DNA of 64,000 bases from the NCBI GenBank assembly GCA_965112735.1, contig OZ218959.1:434001-498000 (forward strand), in the 5' to 3' direction. Origin of the DNA: Phaeosaccion multiseriatum (taxonomy: Eukaryota > Protista > Ochrophyta, other classes). The position numbers and the translations under genes are program-made. Of this stretch, positions 13,909 to 23,512 are shown piece by piece; the first letter of the stretch is position 1; every line of letters begins with the position of its first letter. The notes below the pieces were generated by a model, which saw only the letters and a program-made list of their open reading frames with translations, was not told the origin of the DNA and searched no databases.

Positions 13909-15816
13909 ATGCTGGTGATGAGAGGAACATCGTTGAGGCGGGTGGCCAGAGCGTGCTACTCCTCTTTCATTGGCAGGAACAGAAGAGGACCCGCAGCAGT
14001 GAAATCCCTCTCTCTCTCCCAGCAGAAGCAGCTGCTGCAGCAATGGTCCTGCTACTCTACTAGGGGAGATGAGAAGTCGAGGCAGATACGGCTCATGAGG
14101 GAGATTCAAGATCTGGGGAGGAACAGGGATTGGAAAAGGGTGGCACGTACTCTGGAGCGCGCACGGCAAGAGGGCCTCAAGCCCAATGTGTACTGTATGA
14201 GCGCTGCTATTACAGCGATTGGGAAGTGCGGGCGGTGGAAGGGCGCCTTGGCTCTCTTGGCAGAGATGAGGGAGGAAGGCGTCAGGCCAAACGTGGTCAG
14301 CTACAGCGCCACCATCAATGCATGCGCCAGGGCCAGCCAACATGTGGAGGCAATGTGTTTACTGAGGGAGATGAAGGCAGAAGGACTCGCTCCGAATGAA
14401 ATCAGCTACAGCGCCACCATTAATGCATGCGCCAGGGCCAGCCAACATGTAGAGGCAATGGGTTTACTGAGGGAGATGAAGGCACAAGGACTCCCTCCGG
14501 ATGTAATCAGCTACAGTGCCACGATTAATGCATGCGCCAGGGCCAGCCAATATGCAGAGGCAATATGTTTACTGAGGGAGATGAAGGCAGAAGGGCTCGC
14601 TCCCAATGAAATCAGCTACAGCGCCACCATCAATGCATGCGCCAGGGCCAGCCAACATGTGGAGGCAATGTGTTTACTGAGGGAGATGAAGGCAGAAGGA
14701 CTCGCTCCGAATGAAATCAGCTACAGCGCCACCATTAATGCATGCGCCAGGGCCAGCCAACATGTAGAGGCAATGGGTTTACTGAGGGAGATGAAGGCAC
14801 AAGGACTCGCTCCGGATGAAATCAGCTACAATGCCACCATTAATGCATGCGCCAGGGCCAGGCAACATGTGAAGGCAATGGGTTTACTGAGGGAGATGAA
14901 AGCAGAAGGACTCGCTCCGGATGTAATCAGCTACAGTGCCACCATTAATGCATGCGCCAAAGCCAACCAACACGCGGAGGCAATGAATTTACTGAGGGAG
15001 ATGAAGGCGGAAGGGCTCGCTCCCGATGAAATCAGCTACAGCTCCACCATTAATGCATGCGCCAGGGCCGGCCAAGATGCGGAGGCAATGAATTTACTGA
15101 GGGAGATGAAGGCACAAGGACTCGCTCCGGATGAAATCAGCTACAACGCCACCATCAATGCATGCGCCAGGGCCAGCCAACATGTAGAGGCAATGGGTTT
15201 ACTGAGGGAGATGAAGGCACAACGACTTGCTCCCGATGAAATCAGCTACAATGCCACCATTAATGCATGCGCCAGGGCTGGGCAACATGTGGAGGCAATG
15301 GGTTTACTGAGGGAGATGAAGGCTGAAGGACTTGTTCTGGATGAAATCAGCTACAGTGCCACTATTAATGCATGCACCAGGGCTGGCCAACACATGGAGG
15401 CAAAGGTTTTACTGAGGGAGATGAAGGCACAAGGACTCCCTCCGGATGAAATCAGCTACAGTGCCACGATTGATGCTCTGCAGGAGGGTGGTGACGAGGA
15501 GGCTGCTGACGAGCTGTACGCAGAGGCCGTATCGCAAGGGGTCTTCAATCACTGGAAGGAAGGGGGGCAGGAGGTGGACTTGCACGACTTCACCAGGGGA
15601 ACGAGCAAGGCAGCGCTTCGTCACGTGCTCTCAGTGGAGAAGGTGGAGGGAGAGATCAAAGTCATCACAGGCCGAGGCCGAGGCAGTGAGGACGGCGTCA
15701 GCGTTCTCAAGCCCGCGGTGCTGGCCTACTTGCAGGAGAGGCCGGGCATCGAAGTATGGGAAGACGAACACAACCCGGGGAGGGTGGTGATGCGGGTCGG
15801 TGGAGGAGGGCAGTAA
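13909..15816 (+). CDS. PPR-SMR protein, copy 2 (635 aa from ATG 13909, intronless)
   Basis: Paralog of 11302-13338 with near-identical N-terminus, SMR domain and proximal 3' flank, and 11 homogeneous PPR units. Start chosen by homology (MLVMRGTSLRR vs MMVMRATSLRR); the ORF is open upstream to 13516. Confidence 0.93.
   Translation: MLVMRGTSLRRVARACYSSFIGRNRRGPAAVKSLSLSQQKQLLQQWSCYSTRGDEKSRQIRLMREIQDLGRNRDWKRVARTLERARQEGLKPNVYCMSAAITAIGKCGRWKGALALLAEMREEGVRPNVVSYSATINACARASQHVEAMCLLREMKAEGLAPNEISYSATINACARASQHVEAMGLLREMKAQGLPPDVISYSATINACARASQYAEAICLLREMKAEGLAPNEISYSATINACARASQHVEAMCLLREMKAEGLAPNEISYSATINACARASQHVEAMGLLREMKAQGLAPDEISYNATINACARARQHVKAMGLLREMKAEGLAPDVISYSATINACAKANQHAEAMNLLREMKAEGLAPDEISYSSTINACARAGQDAEAMNLLREMKAQGLAPDEISYNATINACARASQHVEAMGLLREMKAQRLAPDEISYNATINACARAGQHVEAMGLLREMKAEGLVLDEISYSATINACTRAGQHMEAKVLLREMKAQGLPPDEISYSATIDALQEGGDEEAADELYAEAVSQGVFNHWKEGGQEVDLHDFTRGTSKAALRHVLSVEKVEGEIKVITGRGRGSEDGVSVLKPAVLAYLQERPGIEVWEDEHNPGRVVMRVGGGGQ
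14293..15473 (+). repeat. 105-bp coding tandem repeat array (PPR), 11 full units
   Basis: Same unit as copy 1, one unit fewer, variants in a different order. Confidence 0.95.
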
Positions 15817-16174
15817 GGGATGGAATCCTGGCTTGCTTTGGCTCGCCTTTCTTTCAATTAATTTCGTTCTTGCCTCACGCACTCGTCCCCCCCCTGTTGG
15901 GTCCCTTGACTTATGGTTTTTTTTTTTTTCGACGGTTGATCATTTCCAGCATTTTGGCTCCTGACGGAAAGCCAAGCAGGGAGTAGAATAAAGAGAGGTT
16001 GGGAAATAGAAAGGACTAGATCCTCTACTCTTTCAGCAGGAAGTGTCGTCCTTGAAACAAGGTGCCGAACTCTTTTAATCTACAGCGGCAGAAAGCAAGT
16101 GGAGAGAGGGAAGCCCCTTTAAAATTGCTTGCCTGCTACTGCCTGCTGTTGTTGCTGCTGCTGCTGCTATCGAC

Positions 16175-19100
16175 ATGGAGAACATCACTCCCCACGCTGG
16201 GAATGAAGCTCCTGCAGGCTCATCAATGATGGCAACAGGTAAACTGACGCTGGTTTCTGATCAAGTGTCGGCACGAGCATCAGCCTCGTCTTTCGGGGTT
16301 GGGTATGGCAAGACGTGCGGCGGCGTGGAGGAGACAGCGTCGTTCGCCAATAGGGGGCCCTTCCAGCGCCGACTGCCAGAGCATCAGCTGCCACGCACGT
16401 CTCCTGAAGTTGCCGTCACGAAAGTGGCCGTGTATGTCGACGAGGAGGAGGAGGAAGCTGACTCTGGAAATGGGGAGATGGTGAGCAGCATCCCAGCCCA
16501 GGAGACCTCTGCAGCCGAGGGAGGGGCTCCGGTAGAAGAAACAGCAGAAGAAGAGCCCATGCCCTCTGCCTTAGACCTTTCGTCGCCACCTGCGGCAGTG
16601 GGAGGCCTGTCAACACCGGAGGGAGGAGAGACCTCACCCGCCCCAGTGGAGACGTTGTCACTAGCCACAGCTTCAGCAGCAGAGAAAGCCGCAACCGCTT
16701 TGACACTAGAGGAGGCAGTATCAGTACCAGCACCAGAGATAGCAGCACCAGCGGCTGTAGTGGAAGAAGCAGCAGCAGCACCAGCAGCAGCGCAAGAGGA
16801 AGAAACACAAGCACACGTCTCTTCACCGGTGGCGGTAGCACCGGCGCCTCAAGAAGGCACACGAGCGACGCCGACTCGCCCGAGCCTCTCTGATCCCAGC
16901 GGCAGCGCTGCACACAAGCCGCAGAGAGCGCTTGACGTCCCTGTGGTGATGAGGGGCAGGAGGGCGAGCTCGGCGGGGGACGCCAGGAGGCGGCGAGAGA
17001 GGAGCGGCAGCGGCAGGCTGCTCGTACCAACCGCCTCCACAGCGGCCAAGGCTCGCTCAGTGTCCAGGGACCGAGGACCGAGGCAGGGGAGCGACGGGGA
17101 GGGGCAGGGGGCGCGTTGGCGAGGAGGAGGGCGAGACGAGCGAGCTCCGTCTAGGAGCAGGTCGAGGGAGAGGGGGGCGTCGGTGGAGAGGAGAGGAGGT
17201 GGGCATCTAAGGCTGACGGTGCCCAAGAGCCCGAAGCTCGCTACCGGGTACGTGTGGCTAGGATTGATGAGAAGGGAGGGGAGCGGAGGAGGACGGGCAG
17301 GGAGGGGTTGAGACGGGAGGGAATGGATGGCAGTGGATGGCTGCCACGCGAAACGCGATTAGCGATAATAACACTCCACACTGAGAAGGATGCGCAGGGT
17401 ACAGCGTTTCAACTTCAGCCGCCTGGAGAGGGTCTCTCGTGTGTTGTGTGTGCACACAAGTGCGCGTCTTGCTTGCTCTTATTCAAGGCCTAGAGGCTGA
17501 CTGGTTGGTATTGCGTGTGTGTGTGTGTGCGTGCAGAGGTCGGTCGTTCCCCCCGGGGCAATCGTCACAGTTGTCGACGGAGGAGCAAGAGCTGCAGCGT
17601 ATGGCGGGCATGCAGGAGCATTTCAAGAGGATGAGAGAGAGGAACGTCGTGGCAGCCAACAGAAACGCTGTTAGGTGAGTGAGTGAGCGAGTGAGTGGAC
17701 GAGGGGGGGGTGGCAGGGGGACAGAGTGGGTGAGGGAGAGAGGGACGGAGGGCTACGCTTCGACCCTGGGAAAGGGACGAAAGAGATCATGCCCGGTGCT
17801 GAGAGGCGGCGCTCCCACGCACCACTGAAACTGGCACGTCCCCCTCCTAACCTCTGACCGAGGGTTCTCACCAACCTGCTCACCTCGTCTCTCCTTCTTA
17901 CTGTCTGATCCCTCGCTCACTCGCCCCTCATCCCTCTCTCCCCTGCTCTCCCTCTCCCCCTCCCCCCAGGTCAAAGCTGGTGAGTGTGCGGAGCATCAAG
18001 CCCCTCACCATGCCCTACAGTCCCAAACTCAGCACAGGGGGCCGTTTCGGAGAGAAACACTACGCCGCTGTGGGCAGCCACGCGGAGACAGCGCCATCCG
18101 CTGCCTTCCTTGCCGACACGCACCCCCTCGTGGATCACGAGCCCCCTTCCAACTGTTCATCAAGTAACACGTCTGTCGGTCCGGTGCGTACGCCCACCTC
18201 TCTCTTTCTGTTCCATCCGTTCCATCTGTCCGTCTTTTGATATGTGTGTGTTGCCGTGGAGTGGAGTCATTTGGATGTTTTGTGTGCTGTGGGTGTGGGA
18301 CAGCGATTTATGTATTCCACAACTGACTGCCGCCTTCAAGGATTTTTCAAAGCCGGCACCTCCTCTGATGCATGCCCTCCGTTTCGCTCCCTACCTCCCT
18401 CCCTCGCTCCCTCCACCTGCATCGCATTCCGTTGCGTTACCTGCCTCTCCGGTGTGTGCTGTTGGGTATCCATCGCACAGCCCAAGCCCACTATCCCCGC
18501 TCCCTTCAAGCTGAGCTCGAGTGGGAAGGAAAGGCACACGGAGCACAGCGATGGCGTTCACGCGGACACACTCTTCGCAGAGGCCATGAAGGAGCAGGTG
18601 GGTGGGTGACGGGGTTGAGCTTTGGCCAAGCCAGTGCGGTCGATGAGACGGGGTAGGGTGGGTGCGTGCGTGCGTGGGCCGCAGTTGGCGACAACGACGA
18701 CGACGACGATGAAGATGCAGTGCATGTGTGTATGTGTGTGTGCGTGCGTGCGTGCGTGCCTGTGGATATATTTGTTTCCAAGTGGAAACCCCGATCTGAA
18801 CGACGTCATGTCGACATGATCGACTTTGCCCTCCCACCCTCGACGTTGAACGATGGACACTCGACATTGCCCCTGTGCAGGAGAAAACGCCCCCTCGCTT
18901 CCACAGTGTGGCCTCGGGCACCAAGAGGAAGGCCTCTGAGGATCACCAGCAAGCACATACGGGGACGCGGAAACTCACCGTACCCGTCCAGCCCAAGTGA
19001 GTCACAGATGGCACGGAGATAGGGGGGTGCTGTCATAGACCCAACATGCCAACATGACAACCAACACGCCAAGCAGGGGGAGGAAGAAGCGCGGGTATCG

Positions 19101-22021
19101 CCATCCTGCTTCAAGCACCCTCGATTTCGTTGCACCGCTTGCCATCCGCCCCTCCCTCCCCCCGTCTACACTCCCTCGTCCCTAACACGCCGTTTTCGCT
19201 TCCACGCGCCCACCCGCCCGCCGTATCACCAACTCCTACACTACCCTACAACAAACACAAGGCTCCGCACCGACAGCCGCGTGGGCACCAAGGAGAAGCC
19301 CCTCTCCTCTGAGGAGCGTGAGCTTCTTGCCATTCAGGAGGTGCAGATCCAGGCTTCAAAGGCCAAGGCGGCCGGTCCATGCCCTTCGAGGAGGCAGGAG
19401 GAGGGCGTGGACCGGGCGGGAGCGTGGGGAGTGAGTCGGCCGTCACACCCCGTCAAGGCGCTCACTCGGCCCGTGGGCCCCAAGCTCCATGACTCGCACC
19501 GGCCCAGGTGAGGGGGGATGGCAGTGGACGGGGACGAGGCCGCCAGCTAGCCAGCCAGCCAGCCAGCCAGCCAGCCAACTAGAGGAGGAGGGGAAAGTGA
19601 GCTCGGCCCGAGGCATGGAAGGAAGGTACAGAAGGAAGCTCTCTTGTCTCTTGGCTCATTTGGTGTGTGTATATATATGTGTGTGTGTGTGTGTGTACTG
19701 TGTACGCGTGCTTCCGACAGAGCGGAGACGTCAGCAGCAGCAGCCGAAGCGGAGCAGCAGCAGCAGCAGCAGCGACAGCAGCAGCAGTTCAAGGCCCGTC
19801 CGGTGCCGAGTCACCTCTTTGACGCTCGGAAACCCTCGACAGCGCCATCGCAGCCGCGAGAGCTCACACAGCCCCGCTCTCCTCAGCTCACTACCTCCGC
19901 CACAGCCTCAGCCTTAGCGACAGGGGCTCGTCTGACCTCGGAGGATAGGGAGCTGCTGGAGATGAAGCAGTGTCAGTTCAAGGCTCTGCCCATGCCGACC
20001 ATGGAATCCTCCTCGGGCCCGCCATCGGGTGCCGCTCGAAGGGGCAGCAGCGGCAACAAGTGGTACAGCCAGCGTGAGCTCACTCTGCCCAAGTCCCCGG
20101 CCTTTGCATCGAAAGGGAGGGATGGAGGCGTCGCCAAGCCTGTGCCGCCGTCGTCGGAGGAGCTGGAGTTGAGGGAGATGGCAGCCTACAGGTTTACAGC
20201 GGCACCTCTGCCGGACTACGAGGACATGGCTAGGAGGTGAGGGAGAGAGGGCAAGAGAGAGGGATGGAGAGAGAGGGGGAGTGGAGGGGTGCGAGAGGAG
20301 GTGGGACGGGAGTATCCTTCGTGTAACCGGCCCGACGAGTGGGCGCTGAGTGAGGACGTACCCACCCTCATGCCTTACACGCGACCGCCGCTCCCCCTCC
20401 CCTCTCTCTTGGCTCCATCCCTCTCCTCTCTTTTGGCTCCATCCCTCCCCTCTCGTCCTATGCCCGCTTCGCCCCGTCCTTGCAGCGGCCGAAGAGCGCC
20501 CGTCAGCACCTCCCTCACGCAAGCACGGCCCTTCTCACTGTGCACGGAGGAGCGGGGTAGACACAAGGCGGCAGAGCTGCTCACCAGGGTAGAGCAGGAG
20601 CGACAGGTACGAGGAGAGGCAGCCACAGCCAAGGGACAGGGAGAGGGGGGAACAGGTGTTGATGCGCACCCCTCCCTCTGGAGGAGACAGTGCGTATAAC
20701 ACACTCCCTCCCTCCCTCCCTTTCTCGTCCGCCCTCGCGCTTGCCCGTCTCAGCGGATCGCAGACCTTCTCCTTCACCTCATCCTCCATCCTCCTTGCCG
20801 CTTCTAATTCCGCCTTCTCTTGTTTGCCCCCCGCCCATGTGCCCGCCTAACTACCCTCCCATGTACCCTCCCACCCGTATGCCTCTAATTTGAGCAGGAG
20901 GAGGCCGCTGCGCACACGATAAAGGTACGACCCGTGCCCCACAGCCTTCGAGAAAAGACGCTCCTGCCCGTGCCGGCGCGGAGACCGCCCACCGTCTTTG
21001 AGCCGCTCAATCTCAACGGCCCGGCCAGGCACGAGGAGGCACAGAGGAGGATGCTCGATCGGCAGGAGGAGGAAAGACAGGGGGAGAGAGAGGCCGGGGA
21101 GGTGAGGAGTAAGGACGAGGCGTGTGGGGATGGCAGCTTGGGGGGTAGTGGGCGGCAGCTTGCTCTGCTTTGTACGCGGGGTACGGGGGGGGGGGGGGGG
21201 AGGGAGGGAGGAAGGGAGGGAGATTTGCGGAGCAGTGCTCAAGAGGAGGAGAAAGTAGCCTCGGGGGATGACCCCTCCACCTCGCCGCTATCCACCGCCA
21301 TCCACCGCCATCCACCGCCATCCTCCCCGCACTCCTAGAGACGAGCCCTAACCAAACGACCCTGCCATGTCCCTCTCTGTGCCGGTGATGATTGCCATGT
21401 TTGTCATGTTGGGCAGTTCCGAGCGCGACAGCTGCCCAAGTCTGCCAAGCAGGCGGGCTTCGCGGTGCATAAGTCACGCAAGCCGCTGACGGACCCCCTG
21501 GGGGCAGAGCTGCCGTCGGCCATCCGGATGAAGGAGAGGCAGGCGTGGGAAGAGGAGAAGCAGCGAAGGGATGAGGAGGAGCAGCGAAGGAGGTGAGGGA
21601 GGACGGGATGGACCATGGGTGCCGTGTCAGGCGGAGGGAGAGGTGGAGAGGCTCACGTTGTTCCTTTGACCCCTGCTCCACCTTTCACCCTCCTCGACCC
21701 CATTTCCTGACGTTCCCCTGGCCTACATCCCCTCCCCTCCCCTCCCCCCCCTCCCCCAGCGAGGCTCGCGAGGAGGCACGGAGAGTGGCGGAGGAGGAAG
21801 ACACGGCCCGGCTGCGGCGCCTTCCCGTCTCAGAGGGGGGCTTCGCCTTCAAAGCAAGGGAAGTGGAGTGGGACAAGGAGGGGAATAGAGAACTTGGACT
21901 CGGACACGTGGATGTAGCGCCGCTGACAGAGCCGGTGTCTCCTATGCTGAGCTGCAAAGCCCGGGCAGAGGCCAGGGGGGAGGCCAGTGCCAGGGGAAGT
22001 AAGGGAGGGGCGCACGGCTAA
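16175..22021 (+). CDS. TPX2: TPX2-like microtubule-associated protein, multi-exon
   Basis: Repeated TPX2-type motifs across exons: LTVPKSPKLAT, LTMPYSPKLST, TIPAPFKLSS, FKARPVP, LTQPRSPQLTT, FKALPMP, LTLPKSPAFAS, LTQARPFSLCTEERG, FRARQLP...KSRKPLTDP, FKAR...LTEPVSPML. Acidic, disordered N-terminus. Confidence 0.78.
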
Positions 22022-22072
22022 AGGAAGGAATGAGCGTTTCGAGCGTTTCGAGGGTGGAGGAGTAGTTGGGTT

Positions 22073-22204
22073 GGGGGCTGTGTGATATACCCTATACACG
22101 ACGGGGGGGCTGTGTGATATACCCTATACACGACGGGGGGGCTGTGTGATATACCCTATACACGACGGGGGGGCTGTGTGATATACCCTATACACGACGG
22201 GGGG
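22073..22204. repeat. 32-bp minisatellite x4 (gctgtgtgatataccctatacacgacgggggg)
   Basis: Units start at 22077, 22109, 22141 and 22173; no spacers. Confidence 0.95.
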
Positions 22205-23335
22205 ACTCCTTCCCCTTACACGAGCCCACCCCCTCCAGAAAGAGAGAGAGAGAGAGGGATGAGGAAGGAGGGTTTGGGTTGGACAGAGCAGGTCGGGGCT
22301 CTACATGTTGCTCGTGCCCTATCGGGGGGGGGGGGGGAGGGGCTTGGACGGCCTCCGACTCCGGGGGCTCCTCTCGCGGGGCAGAGGAGCGGAGCTGCTG
22401 TAGTTTGAGGTTAGAGGAGCGGAGCAGCTGTAGTTTGAGGTTCAGTTTGCACGTGGTGCATGTAGTGGGTGGTGATGGGAGAAAGAAACACAATGTGTGA
22501 TAATTGTGTGGTATTGTAATGTTAAAAGCTCTACTTCGTTAGCATAGACAGAGCTGTAGTCCTACTGTCGTTGTGCTGCCTACAGACAGACGGACGGATG
22601 CGTGGCTCTTCCTTCTCGCCTCCGTGGATGGCTCTTGTCGCTTCCTTCCCGCCTTCAGGCGATGGAGTGAGTGGGTACGGCCAATCGGGCAGGTGCCAGG
22701 TGTCAGGTGACAGGTGTGAGTGCCTGATGCCTGATGCCGTGCGCTGCGTGTCGAATGCCGAGGTCTCCTGGATGGCACTGCGTGGCCTTGGATGGTCCTG
22801 GACGGCGCAGGATGGTCCTAGATGGATGGTCCTGGATGGTCCTGACGCAAGAGTCGTCGACTTGACTTGATGGATGGCAGCTGATGGCAGTTGACGACGA
22901 CGGGCGACGGTCACAGCTGCCGACTCCTCATGGCGCAGTCGCCTCACGCCTTCGCACCTTTACTTGTGACGGAACACACTTTTGACGTCACCAGTCCGAG
23001 ATAAGTCAGTGTCAGAACCTTCGCGAGGCTCTGTGCTTGGTGGCAGTGGTGGTGAGAGTGATCCCTTCTCTTCATCCCCAGCGCTCAGTGCTGAAGCCGG
23101 ACGGAATCCCATCTCAACACATGAAGCAGCGCCGGGGCAGTCCTTCAGTCCTTCAGTCCTTCAGTCCTTCAGGCGCCGCTCAAGGGGAGGAGGAGAGAGA
23201 GATTTGTCTGTCGTCTCTCTGGAGTCATGTATGCGTGACTGATGTATGCGTGACGTGACTGACCTCCGTCCTGAGACATTACCGCACATTGGCAGCGGGC
23301 GGAGTAGGCCTGCTCCGATTCTGTGTTGTGATGCT

Positions 23336-23447
23336 CCCTTCGACGCAGAATATCGACCTACTCGATACCGGACCCTTCGACGCAGAATATCGACCTACTC
23401 GATACCGGACCCTTCGACGCAGAATATCGACCTACTCGATACCGGAC
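23336..23447. repeat. 37-bp minisatellite x3 with internal palindrome TATCGA-N5-TCGATA
   Basis: cccttcgacgcagaatatcgacctactcgataccgga repeated exactly three times, directly abutting. Confidence 0.95.
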
Positions 23448-23512
23448 ACACCGCACACTATACACCTCCAATACGTGCGTCAGTGCGTGAGTGAGTGCGT
23501 GAGCTTGATGCG

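Noticed and set aside
22073-23447. 32-bp and 37-bp hairpin repeats as CRISPR arrays
   Set aside because: Units abut with no unique spacers, there are no cas genes, and the context is eukaryotic.
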